Source: Antedon mediterranea
Lineage: Eukaryota > Animalia > Echinodermata
Assembly (NCBI RefSeq): GCF_964355755.1
Contig: NC_092674.1
Coordinates: 31,434,001-31,498,000 of the forward strand
DNA: 64,000 nt
Reading direction: 5' to 3'
Shown here: piece after piece, positions 28,401 to 40,391 of the stretch
How positions within the stretch are numbered: position 1 is the first letter of the stretch
How the letters are laid out: each line of letters opens with the position of its first letter
Position numbers and translations under genes: made by a program
The notes under the pieces: generated by a model
Told to the model about the DNA's origin: nothing
Databases searched by the model: none
The model's input: only the letters and a program-made list of their open reading frames with translations

Positions 28401-29737
28401 GTCGTAAATTATTTTACCCAAGTAATTGAAAGGAGTTATATTTTAATCTGTAGAAACTCAAATCAATTTTTTAAAATTAAAATTGTAATACTTACCTCTT
28501 TTTTCTTACAACCCTTTACATTGCACCTATTAGCATAAACTTTACGTTTTTTAATTGCAGGATCTGATTGGCAATCTCTATCGATGTGACCAGACACGGC
28601 AATGTCGGGAGCTTCTCCTCGTTGACCAGGAACTGGTTTATTGCACAAAGGACAAACTGGAACTTGGACATCCTGTGAATCAAACAATAATACTATATAA
28701 TAATAATACTACATAATAATAATAACACTATAATTACATAATAATTAACATTTCATTAAATATGGAACCCATTGTATTTTGAAATATCTAAGGACATTCT
28801 ATTTACTATTATTGTATTGACCTTGTTCAGTCATCTAAAATTGTTCTGACTGTTGTCCCTTTTCCACTTCCAGTTTCAATTTAAAAGACAACTCGTGTCG
28901 TTTTGTTCATAATAAATAGAATGGGTCATAGAGACACTGACATCTACAAGGGGATAAGGTTATGGCATCTACCTTCAACAGTTCATCTTTCCACACCTTT
29001 AAAGGTAAAAAAACTCATACAGTTAAATTAATATACTTTTAAAACAGATTGGACAAAAACATGTCACTTTACCTTTTTATATGCTGATGGACAGCTATGG
29101 TTTGAGTAGTTAATATGATCTTTGCTGTTAAAACAAAAATGTAATTTTCATGTTCAAAATAATTTAAACTTTATTTTAGGCCTAGTGTCATTTACTTATT
29201 GTTTTGTGTGATATAGCAGTTCGTGTATTCAATTGTCATTTTTAATTGTTCATGTTTTCATTTTGTGTAAATATCAGACCATCATATAGAATAACTAATA
29301 AACATATATAGTTGATTGACTTACACATTAATAATTTAATAATTATGCAAACAAAATATTACAAATAAAAAAAATGTAAATAAAGTAAACTTACCAAAAT
29401 ACTTCATTACATGCATCACACTTCATCGGCAAGAAATCTGTATGTAAAATAATAAGAAAGTACACATGTATGCTAGTAAAGGTATCTATCTATCAGCCTA
29501 GCTGATACTCTGCGTTCGAAAGCCATGGTTCGCGCCTCACTCACCTCAACAAGTAAAGGAATTAACATGACAGAGCCGTCGGCGAGGCCTATCTATAGTT
29601 TGGCCTAGCCTAGCCTAGTCTAGCTAGCTGAAACTCGTACTAAAACTCCTCAATAATGATATTAATTAAATGGTGATCTTACCTAGCTGTTTACAGCTCT
29701 GGTCAGAGCAGTGTTTTCCTAATTCAGGGAATTCCAT
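25464..29737 (-). CDS. ZFAND2B: AN1-type zinc finger protein 2 (AIRAPL/ZFAND2B-like): two AN1 fingers, two UIMs, C-terminal CAAX (CVTS)
   Basis: Exons (-): 29683-29737, 29395-29437, 29073-29124, 28496-28672, 27142-27257, 26568-26675, 26287-26362, 25849-26037, 25464-25499. Protein reads MEFPELGKHCSDQSCKQLDFLPMKCDACNEVFCKDH...DVQVPVCPLCNKPVP...CESCRLNYCLRHRHQTDHEC...SEDEAMARAIQLS...EEEDQALARAIAES...NQQSESKCVTS*. Confidence 0.92.
26169..26270. mobile_element. MITE family A copy (degenerate)
   Basis: ctatcaaactagtttgacaaaaaaggtgtgatgtgcctaaatatg...gtagacagtgctta. Confidence 0.7.
26451..26567. repeat. 15-bp tandem repeat (8 copies) starting at the ZFAND2 exon 6 donor GT
   Basis: - strand: GATAG|(GTGCATATACCATTG)x8. 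Confidence 0.92.
27278..28262. mobile_element. Possible degenerate non-autonomous element in ZFAND2 intron 4
   Basis: CpG-richer block bounded by imperfect inverted ends (aaaatacataacttgctagtct / agtctaataagttacatgtatttt), each with a small hairpin. No clear TSD. Confidence 0.35.
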
Positions 29738-29857
29738 ATTTACTTGTAATTAGTAGGGTCTAGGCCGCCTATTTTCTAAGTTTTCAGATAGAGCAGCGGT
29801 GGTACTGTGTTTGTGTATGTATGATGTGTGTCGTGGTTGTTGTGTTTTAGGCAAACC

Positions 29858-29883
29858 TCTGACGTCAGATAGAGGAAAACCCC
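29858..29883. promoter_or_regulatory. Palindromic CRE/ATF site (tcTGACGTCAga) with an adjacent kappaB-like ggaaaacccc, ~120 bp upstream of the ZFAND2 ATG
   Basis: Perfect TGACGTCA at 29860-29867 in the divergent promoter. Motif match only. Confidence 0.4.
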
Positions 29884-30639
29884 ACACTCGTGACATAGCA
29901 TTTTCTATTTTTAGATTCGTAATCTAAATGTTATAAGCATGAGCATACAATTTTACTAATAAAATAATAATTAATGATAATTATTGTGGAATATTTAAAT
30001 AGTGTATTATTATATTTATTATTTTATTAATTAATTGTAATTACAATATATTTTAGATTTCTAACAAAATAATTATTAAAAAACATTTTATGAATAATGT
30101 TTCTGTAAACTCTCACGTGTTCACAACAAATCATCCTCTACAGGATTTCTAGAAGAATCAAATCTGACGACTGGAGCATTCTCTACTTCTCTACGGAGCG
30201 CCATTTATGCCTTTATTAACTTCAATAATAGAAATAGTACTGCGGTAACTGCTCAAGTGGACCCAATTTAGCACCAGGGTAGCACAGTGATATAAAATAG
30301 AAATAAAAGTCACTACTTTTAATATCGTTTCGTATATACCCATATCACAAACTGACAAACAGAAACATCTTGGCATTTACATTGATTCGAATTTATCTTT
30401 TTATTTTCTTTTCATGTAAATAAACTCCTTTCCAAACTGGGCTTGTCCATCTCCATCTTATCGCGTGCTCGGTCATTTAATAAATAAACACACATTCATA
30501 CTCCTCTATAACATTATAATCCTCCCACACATTGACTATTGATGATGTAGTGTTTGAGGAATCAGATCGAATATTGACCGAATACAGACCATTCAAAATA
30601 GAGCATTTCGCATTATCCTTGAAGCTCATCCTCTCACAC

Positions 30640-30990
30640 CACGAACTAACATTTACAACACCTTAAATCTTCATACAGTCCAAGATCGCATGCATCTACA
30701 ACTGGGCTGCCCTGCCTACAGGTCTGCAAATGGTCTTACTCCGGAATACCTTGCCCTGCGTCTTGCCAGAATTCCTAATCATCGTACCCGAAGTGTCAGT
30801 GAGAGGAAATTTGTCGTCCTTTCCCTAAAATTGAAACTTTTAAGAACAGCTTCATCTAGAGCACCAACATACCTGAATTTGCTATCCACCAAACTAAGAA
30901 ATGCAGTAACAATAACTAATTTTAAGTCTGCTCTAAAAAAATATTTAATCCCAAAAGAAAAAAACTCAACGTTTTGTATAGTATTGTAGG
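30640..30990 (+). pseudogene. Degenerate 3' end of an L2/CR1-group LINE ORF2 carried inside the TIR element
   Basis: NGLTPEYL...HRTRS...RAPTYLNLLSTKLRNAVTITNFKSALKKYL matches the typical C-terminal motif pattern of L2/CR1-group RT ORFs (NGLAPxYL, TRS, APxLWNxLP, FKxxLKxYL). Confidence 0.65.
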
Positions 30991-31089
30991 CTATATTTTT
31001 GTATTTAAGTACATATATATTAATCCAAAGGCAAATTACTGAAAAAATGACAATGCTGTGGGTATTATCAGCTTTTCAGTCATGTACTT

Positions 31090-31166
31090 GGTGGCGTAAC
31101 GGGTAATGCTCAGTTTTGAGTGCTATCGGCTGGGGTTCGAACCTCGACGGATATTTTTTTTTTTTT
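31090..31166 (+). other. tRNA-derived Pol III promoter-like segment (SINE head-like): A box, B box, oligo-T
   Basis: TGGCGTAACGG (31092) and GGTTCGAACC (31134), followed by a T-run. No complete cloverleaf. Confidence 0.5.
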
Positions 31167-31708
31167 AATTGTTTTTTTTTAATATAGATATGTGACATTG
31201 TATTATTGCCGAACGTGTATGGTACTATACCGGTAGGTATTCAAATATGCTTCATACGAAAGGATATTAAAATTCAGTGACTTATTTCTATTTTATATCA
31301 CTATGCTCCCCTGGCTCCAAATTGGATCCACATGAGCACAATGTAATAACATACGAAACGATATTAAAATTAGTGACTTATTTCTATTTTATATCACTTT
31401 GCTCCACTGGCTCCAAATTGTGTCCACTTGAGCAATGTATTAGCATACGAAAAGATATTAACATTCAATGACTTGTTTCTATTTATATCACTGTGCTCCA
31501 CTGGCTCCAAATTGTGTCCACTTGAGCACAGTGTATTAACATACGAAAAGATTTTAAAATTAGTGACTTTTTTCTATTTTATATCACTGTGCTCCAATGG
31601 TGCTAAATTTGGTCACCACTGAACCAGTTACCGTAGTACTATTTCTATTTCGGAAGTAAATAAAGGCATAAATGGCGCTCCGTAGAAGATATACCTAGCT
31701 CAAGAACC

Positions 31709-34700
31709 ATGGCGGAAACTGTGGAAGCGACGAAAGTTCCAGAAAATGAACAAACAAGCACTGCTCCAAAGGAAGAAAAAAAGGCGAACAACCCTAGAGT
31801 GTTTTTTGATATAACTATTGGTGGCAAATCTGGTAAGTTTAATACACGGAAAGACAAATTAAGAGCCTCGTAATCTAGGCCGACGGAACAACAACGCCCA
31901 ACAAGCAACAACGTGGAATCCCCTCCACCATCGACCTGCTGTATGTGCGCCGCACTGCAAACCGTTTAGATGACTGGCCTAGGCCTAGCACATTCTTTAT
32001 TTGCACACTATTAAATCGGGTGTCACGAAAGCTCAGACCACGAAAGCTCAGACCCCCTAAGACCTAAGATCACGAAAGCTAAGACCCAACACCTAAGATT
32101 ACAAATATTTATCTTTCGCACCTGCCTTGTATTTTAACTCCCAACATTTATTCTGAATACCACACCTTAGAATTGGCACTTTCATGAAAAAGAATCACAT
32201 AAAAAGTAACAAATACATTTTTAAATTGATGATTTTACAGACGTTTTTCTCGCACACAAAATGACTAGCCTACAGTACTACAGTAGGCCTACCCCATGTT
32301 CAATGTTTTTGTTTCTATGGAACGTCAAAAGAGCAAAAATTATATAGAGGGCTGAAAACTCTGTGGAGTCCATCTACAGTGTGGAGTGGATGGAACAATG
32401 TAAAATTAAAATTGTAATGATAATAGTATAATCATGCAAGTACGAAGAAATAAATACTGGCAAATAAATTTTAATTTAAAAATCATGATAAGTTTTTTTG
32501 TTTCGTTTTCTTTCTGTTTTTATGCTTGTACTATTATTGTTGCTCTTTTGGCGCTCCATGGAAACAAAAACATTGAGCATGGTGGGAGCTCGAGGAGTTA
32601 CATTACAGTATACAAAGAAACACATATGTAAAATCATCAATTTAAAGGATTTATTTATTTGTTATTATGTGTTTCTCCTTCTGAAAGTACTTATAAGTCC
32701 TAATTTTAAAGTTTGGTGTTCAGGATAAAGTTAGTCAACAAATTTGGAGTCAAAATACAAGAAAGGCAGGTGCGTAAGAAAAACATCCTCTGAACCAACA
32801 CAATGGAGTAAATATATACCAACAAACAACCCGTCAAGTTTGTTTGTTGTAAAGAAAAAATATACATTTACTCAACAGGCGAAAATAATGTGAGTTTATC
32901 TATGTTTTGCGGTAGTATTAAATTATATTTATGGTAATAAATGAAACCTACTGTGTTTAAAATTATGTATGGATAAACAAGTATTGTTTTTAATCTGTAG
33001 TATATCTTAGTATTTGTAATCTTAGGTGTTGGGTCTTAGCTTTCGTGATCTTAGGTCTTAGGGGGTCTGAGCTTTCGTGGTCTGAGCTTTCGTGACACCC
33101 CTATTAAATCACGTGAATTTATAATTATTAAAGGCAATACAATAAACTCTTCATAATAAATGTTGGCGCTAATGCAGTTTCGTACCCACCCCTTAAAACT
33201 ACTCAAAATGAGCCATGAATGTTTTTGATTTAGTAAATGTTATTTTAGAAATCAATTTCATTTGTCAACCTTGTTTTATTTTTCTATTAATTTACAGCTG
33301 GAAAAATATATTTTGAACTCTTTGCTGATGTAGTTCCAAAAACAGCAGAAAATTTCAGGGCACTTTGCACTGGCGAGAAAGGAATTGGAAAATGTGGAAA
33401 ACCACTGCACTACAAAGGAAGTATATTCCACAGAAGTGAGTCTAAGTTAATGATAGTTTTCCTGCATATGAAAAGCATGCATTGTATATTATACAGATAT
33501 TGACTGCTTAGAGGTTAAATATAAGATTTGACATCCCCGAGGGAATGATATTAAGTTCGAGGGAATATATATTTCCCGAAGCGGCAGCTGAGGGAAATAT
33601 ATATTCCCCGAGAACTTAATATCATTCCCTTGGGGATGTCAAATCTTATATTTAACCGATATAAAAGGCGATATCTGTTATATTATATAGCCAAGAACAA
33701 GTCTGCTGGGTTGGGTGAAGCTAGGCTAGGCCTCCTATAGTATTTGTATTGTATGTAAACAAGCCTGCCTAGACACCTTACCTTGCGAATAATAATATAC
33801 AGATAATTACTAATTAATGATTCCTTGGCAATAAAATATTCACTTAGGCCTAGGTCGTTTAAATTAACAGAAGAATTTCCATCAATTTTAAGCCTATTAA
33901 TAATAATAATATTATAATCAGGTAGGCCGAATAAACAATTTGTCTTCTTCGAGGAGCCGAATCGCCGGATGTTCAGCGCGTACTAGTTACTAGGTTACTA
34001 CCGTGAGTTTTGACCATTCACAAATGGTGTTTCATCACATTTAGGGAGGACTAATAACAAATGAGGGCGCTATGTATGCATAGCTTAAATAGTTTAAAAG
34101 ATTAATTTTTTCAAGCAAGTTCCGTTGCGCAGCGGTTGAAGCGTTGTCTTGTGATGGAGTGACAATTCCATCCCGAGTTCAAGATCCAGTAGATGACTTT
34201 TGTTTATTTATCGGCAAACGCGAGTGTTGCACACGAAAATTACACAGTCAATATCATCGAACTCGAGAATTTATATGATTAATGACAGGGGACACGATAA
34301 TTACACGAAAATTACTCATAGTCAATATCATCGTTCTCGAGGATATATACGATTTACGATCCTCGCAGCGGTAGTCATGTGACGCAGTTTCAACCAATCA
34401 CGTTCACGTATTTACATAGGCTATGTAATATTATTTAATATTACATTGATGTATGCTTTTTTTTCTAATAATTTATTGAAATGATAATGATACACATTGA
34501 TTTATTGAAATGATAATGATACACATTGATTTATTGAAATGATAATGATACACATTGATTTATTGAAATGATAATGATACACATTGATTTATTGAAATGA
34601 TAATGATACACATTGATTTATTGAAATGATAATGATACACATTGATTTATTGAAATGATAATGATACACATTGATTTATTCAAATGATAATGATACACAT

Positions 34701-37424
34701 TGATTTATTCAAATGATAATGATACACATTGATTTATTCAAATGATAATGATACACATTGATTTATTCAAATGATAATGATAAACATTGATTTATTCAAA
34801 TGATAATGATACACATTGATTTATTCAAATGATAATGATACACATTGATTTATTCAAATGATAATGATACACATTGATTTATTCAAATGATAATGATACA
34901 CATTGATTTATTCAAATGATAATGATACACATTGATTTATTCAAATGATAATGATACACATTGATTTATTCAAATGATAATGATACACATTGATTTATTC
35001 AAATGATAATGATACACATTGATTTTCTTGCAGTTATAAAAGATTTTATGTGCCAGGGAGGTGATTTTACTAATCAAAATGGCACTGGAGGTGAGAGTAT
35101 CTACGGAGAGAAATTTAATGACGAAAACTTTATAATGAAGGTACAAATATAATTATTCATACAATATAGATTGGAAGACAGATGTAAATTCAATCATCCA
35201 TTGTTTATATGATTTTTTGCCTCATATTGTATTTTATAAAAGACAAAAATAAAATAAAATTCAATTCAATATATTAGTTATTATTATTATTTATACAAAT
35301 TCAAAAACATATGATGCAAGGAGAAAAAATATAAAAATAATCAAAACATATTGGTATTCCTTTTCTTACTAGCATGATACGCCCGGACTTCTTAGCATGG
35401 CTAACGCAGGACCAGGCACAAACGGCTCACAATTCTTCATCACCACTGCAGTGACTTCACATCTTGATGGCAAACATGTTGTTTTTGGCAGGGTCATCAG
35501 AGGAATGGGTGTTGTTAGAAAACTTGAAAATATTGAGAAACAAGAAGAACACCCAAAACTGGTAAATATTGTCTGCTAAAAGTGCCATAAGTTAATGTTT
35601 ATCTTTAGATCAATGTTGCCATTCATTCAATTTCTCATTATTTGAGATGATTAAATTGAAAAGTAGCCAAAGGTTGTTTGCATTCAATTATAATGTTAAT
35701 GAATGAATGCGTTTTTTTTACAAATAATTTTACACAGTTTTTTAGCATGTAAAATTACAGAATATTTACATACAGGTATATACAAGGCAACAAATGATGA
35801 TGATTAATTTTTACATATATTTTTAGGAGTGTAAAATTGAAGATTGTGGTGAGATTGCAGAGGATGTAGACATAACATCAGTTGAAGACGATGGTACTGG
35901 GGACGTTTACCCTGACTGGCCTGATGATGCTGGCATTGACTCTGAAAATGTAAAATACAATTCTAATATTTTGAAAACAATTAGTATTTCAACTTTCGTA
36001 TTTTAAAGAAATTATATTATTTTTTTTAGGCTGAAAAGATTCTTGTTGTTGTGAATAATATTAAGGCAATTGGTAACGACCAGTTTAAGGCAAAGAACTA
36101 CAAAATGGCTGAATCAAAATACAGGAAAGCACTGAAGTATGTTATAAAAACATTTTCTAATGAAACACTGGGTTACTCCAATTAATTTAAATCGGTTAAA
36201 ATGAGTAGAAGTGCAGTACATAGAGCTTATCAGATCTGGGATAGTGTGGCCTTAAGATATAAATCTCTGACAACATTATCAAACTGTGATGTGCCATATA
36301 TGGATGTAATGATGTCATATCACTACCATTATTTGGGCACATCGCATTATTTTGTCAAACTAGTTTGATAGTGTAGACAGAGCTTAAGACTGATTGCAGG
36401 ATTGGTTCGTATTCAATTCAATTTAATTTTGACTGGTATAATCATTATTTTATTTATTATTAATTTTATTATTATTATTATAGCTATCTGGACCTGACTG
36501 ATGATGATGAGGATTCATCCAATTCAGAAGTAGAACTAAATGAGAACTTGACTAAAGAAGACCGAGAGAAACTTCATCTGGCATATTTACCACTCCATCT
36601 TAACATTGCAGCGTGTCACTTAGCACTTAAGGAATATCGGGAGGCAAAGGAGGAATGCGAGAAAGTTAGATATTTAATAATACTATATAATTCTTTAATC
36701 TGATAGTAATTCAGATTTTTTTAAAATATATATTCTTTTAAAACTCACTTTAACAAATAATATTGACATTTTTTTATGTAAATTTAAAGCAATGGTTAAC
36801 CAAATACTAATTCATTTTAACTTTACTGACTTGTGTGTTTGTGGTGCTGTTTCTTTGGTAGCTATTTCCATTCTAATATGAGTTTTGAAGAAAAGAAAGA
36901 AATTAAAATAAAACTTATTACTATTATGCTGAAATGAACACCACATTGGAAGCTAATTAAATCCACATACAGAAGTTAATTATACATTTGTAAATAATTT
37001 CAGGCATTGACTATTGATGCAGACAATGCAAAAGGCTTGTTTAGGAGAGGTAGAGCAAATCAAGGCTTAAAAGAATATGATGTTGCTATGAAAGACTTCA
37101 ATGCTGCCCTCAAACTACAACCATCAGATAAAGGTAAGGAGCTTATTCACAATGGATACATTGTTGTTTTAACCATTAAAAGGACATTCGCAATATTAGA
37201 ATTTCTGCACTGTACAATGTTTTGATATTTAATTATTGTCTAAGTCTAAATCATCTATGATCTGTCCTTTTATTTACAATTAAACTCTAAAATAAGATAT
37301 ATTGGTTGGATAAGAATTTTTCTTTTTTTTAGGTATAAAAAGTGAAATTCAAAGGACGAAAGCACTACAGAAAGCTGAACTTGACAAAGAAAAGCAAACA
37401 TACGCAAAGATGTTTCAATCATGA
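31709..37424 (+). CDS. PPID: Peptidyl-prolyl cis-trans isomerase D (cyclophilin-40): cyclophilin domain plus TPR domain
   Basis: Exons (+): 31709-31832, 33298-33435, 35034-35140, 35373-35561, 35827-35949, 36030-36136, 36484-36664, 37004-37133, 37333-37424. Motifs: [73 protein letters not shown], acidic linker [16 protein letters not shown] motifs ([18 protein letters not shown]), C-terminal YAKMFQS*. Confidence 0.95.
32018..33100. mobile_element. Non-autonomous Mutator-like (MULE/foldback) element in PPID intron 1
   Basis: ~90-bp perfect TIRs (gggtgtcacgaaagctcagacc...) built from cacgaaagct sub-repeats. Exact 10-bp TSD ctattaaatc at 32008-32017 and 33101-33110. Internal inverted pair 32292-32340 / 32535-32586. 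Confidence 0.9.
33488..34431. mobile_element. Non-autonomous element with a long terminal hairpin, same architecture as 20935-21246 in opposite orientation
   Basis: Palindrome 33513-33657 centred on ccgaagcggcagctgagg. IR tattatatagcc (33681) / ggctatgtaata (34419). catgtgac...ccaatca motif near the far end. Confidence 0.7.
34471..35024. repeat. 29-bp minisatellite (~19 copies) abutting the PPID exon 3 acceptor
   Basis: tttatt(g/c)aaatgataatgatacacattga; the last copy runs into ttttcttgcag|exon 3. Confidence 0.95.
36265..36386. mobile_element. MITE family A copy (degenerate left end)
   Basis: cactaccattatttgggcac...gtcaaactagtttgatagtgtagacagagctta. Confidence 0.75.
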
Positions 37425-37876
37425 TAGATAAAGTAATTGGTGTGACCAAGAAGGATTGTAAGATAACCTGTGTCTTTGTGTTTACACAGCAAAAGTAGTT
37501 TGAAGAGTTGTTTCGAGGAAAAAAACAAAGCTTTTCAATGTTTCTTGAATGGGTATCATATGTTACAATTGAGATGAGATAAAGTACAATTTATTTCAGT
37601 GTACTTTTGAATGTAGTATGATTAAAAATTAATGTTAAAATTAAATGAATGAAAAATAAAAGCACAAATAAAGGATGAAAAATGATTGCATGTTTAAACT
37701 AGTGATTGTAATTTAAATGTTATTATTTGTACTTTGTGACCCGAGTAAACAACATCTTGCTTTTTGTAATTCATATTAAAATTTCATCAGGAGGAATTTC
37801 AAGAAATAAACGTGGAAATTGTGTTGTTTTGTTTATAATTCAGAGTCCAAATAACTATAAATTAATATATATATAA

Positions 37877-38670
37877 CTAGCAATTATTTCAAAATTAGTT
37901 TAAGCCTTCTCAGTACATAACACCCAACTCCACAGTATCTCCCTGTACTCACCAACCCCCACCCCTCTTCAATAACACGCCACACTCTTTTTTTAATAAC
38001 AAATTCTTCCCAGGACAACTTCAGCTTCAAAATGAGAGTGGTATACATAGCTATGATAAGCCTATGGTTTAAGTACGTTGCAAACTGTGTAAATGAATAG
38101 GTGTCATATTGACTGATAACCATCCCAGCCACAATCAACTAACCTTAACTCTACCCCAGGACAGTTCAAAATTAGTAACTTTTCCTAGTACAATTCCAAT
38201 CATATACTTAATTACGCCAGTATTTCCGCTCCCCCTTCTCCCCCAACACACCCCAGATACTGGGTGATGTGTTTAGACATCACTCCCAACCCATAATCCC
38301 TCAGTGGCAGTTTTCAAATGTAGTTTAAAACATTCCCAGTAAAGTTTCAGTCGTGGTGATAGGCCTACATCCCCACCCCAAACTCCCATCCCCTTCCCAG
38401 TGATAAATAAAATACTTTAACAATTTTCCTAAGCAAAATCCCCACTATACTCACACCCTATCTCCCAATCCCCCCTCTCCCACTAAATCTCCGGAATTTT
38501 TATAAATAATTATTAATTATTAAATATAGTTTAGAACATTCCCGGTACAATTTCGGTCATTTTGATACCCCATATGTAAGGTTACGTGCAGTAACAAAAA
38601 CTTGTATAACGAACAAACAGACAGACAAACGTACAAACTCTCTTACTTATAATATAGATTAGTATGAAGA
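37877..38670 (-). mobile_element. Non-autonomous Helitron-like element
   Basis: On the - strand it begins A|TCTTCATACTAATCTATATTATAAG, has a CTGT/TTGT microsatellite near the 5' end, and ends CTAG|T. The expected 3' hairpin is not evident. Confidence 0.6.
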
Positions 38671-38782
38671 TAATATATAACACTGCTCAGATAATATATA
38701 ACACTGCTCAGATAATATATAACACTGCTCAGATAATATATAACATTGCTGAGATAATATATAACACTGCTCAGATAATATA
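38668..38782. repeat. 21-bp tandem repeat (~5 copies)
   Basis: agataatatataacactgctc. Confidence 0.9.
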
Positions 38783-40391
38783 GGGCCTAACACTGGCAAG
38801 ATAATAGGTGTATATAACACTGCTGAGTTTATTAACACCTTGGATTTAAGCGTATCAAAGGTTTTATTATCATCAACATTTAAAATATTAAAAATCATAC
38901 TCAATGATATGTAACTGGTTGTCCACACCGATGTTTGTGAAGGGCATACGTGGTATGTTGCCGTGTTAATGGATTGGATAATAGCAACGTGAATCATCAG
39001 CGCTCAACAAATAAAATGCCGTTAAATAGCATAGAAGTAATAATCCTGGACATTATACTTTTTTCTTAAAAACAAGAACCTCGCGACACCCCACCCCACT
39101 CTGCTACAACGAACTGCTAATATATCAGTAAATACACAATATAGTCCCAGAACAGACTTATATCAATTCAGTAAGATATATATTTTTAAGTAAGTTAAGT
39201 AAGAAAAAAATCCCTCGAGTTACCAATCGTAACGCTCTCTTGTTAGTTGACTATAATTACATCGATTTTAGTTTTTCAATCATTTTTCACACGTCCAATT
39301 CCCTTCCGTATTTATCCTAAATAAACTTAACACCGTACAATCGTAAACTATGTGTGGATTATGGAATATGGTTGGGTTTGATTAAATATCTGTGTACTCT
39401 CTACGGTCAAGTTATCGCCTCTTTTGTAATGATTAGTATTGGTCGTTGCACTATTTGATAATGGTTATAAGCATTATTATGTATGCAATGTCTCCCTTGA
39501 AAATTAATGGCCACAGAAATGGTTAGTTTGCTACGATATCTGGGCGGCTTTGAGACTATCTTTCAATGTATGATTTTCGATGTTATTGTAGTATTATAAC
39601 ATGTAACATATTGTGTCATGATGACCATCCTAATACTATGGCCAATGTCATAATATTAATTAAGTAATACTAAATTAATTATGCGTATCATCTGTTACAG
39701 TTGATCTACAGGAACCTTTTAATTAAATTCTAATAGCATTATTTATTATGTATAAATTATATCAATTTTATTTCCCTTAGCTCGAATATTTTGTTTCGTT
39801 AGATTCCCTCACAATTATAATTTACATTGACATTTAAAAAAAAGAAGAAGATATTCCCAAATCCGAAAGAACAAGAAGAAAACGGTCATAAGAAAAACCT
39901 TCGATATTTCTACAATCAATGTTTTCATTGATTATCTACCACCATTAACACATTTTGGTAACATATGTTGGAAAAGCCTTATTTAACCTTATCAATCACT
40001 TTAATTCAATATTCACATTAACAGGCTTCATATAAATTAGAATTATCATAGTTTTGTGAAGTAAGAACGTTGACAACCACTGGAGGAGGATCGAGTTACT
40101 TAGTGCTCCACTAAGCCCAGTAAAAAGGTAAGCCTTTTAAAACCAAATCATTTCTTACTAAATTGAAGTCTAATTCATACTGTAATTCAAAATACAATGC
40201 CATTATTAACTGTAAAATTATTATATTTTGTATTGTTTAGTATTAAAAATTATGACAATGATGACATTCCTTCATCATCCCGATGTAACTTGATTTCAAT
40301 TTCAATCCATATTGAACAAAACGCCTTTTTTTGTCAGCTCCACTGCTATTTTAATCATATATTTCATCTTTTTACCAGGCAAAAACACAAG

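Larger units (their letters stand above)
30194..31682. mobile_element. Non-autonomous TIR element (TA-flanked, Tc1/mariner-type target) occupying the ZFAND2-PPID intergenic region
   Basis: ~145-bp imperfect TIRs with perfect ends cggagcgccatttatgccttta ... taaaggcataaatggcgctccg. TA on both sides (30192-93, 31683-84). ~95-bp subterminal tandem repeats at 31253-31620. Confidence 0.85.

Noticed and set aside
31090-31166. Functional tRNA gene (also the weaker tRNA-like stretch at ~34120-34190)
   Set aside because: A and B boxes are present, but no acceptor stem or anticodon arm could be folded, and both lie inside transposon-like elements.
40197-40391. N-terminal extensions given by the ORF track for the secreted proteins (also 41933-41947)
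   Set aside because: These are intronic sequence upstream of the splice acceptors. The real starts are the signal-peptide ATGs at 40392 and 41948.
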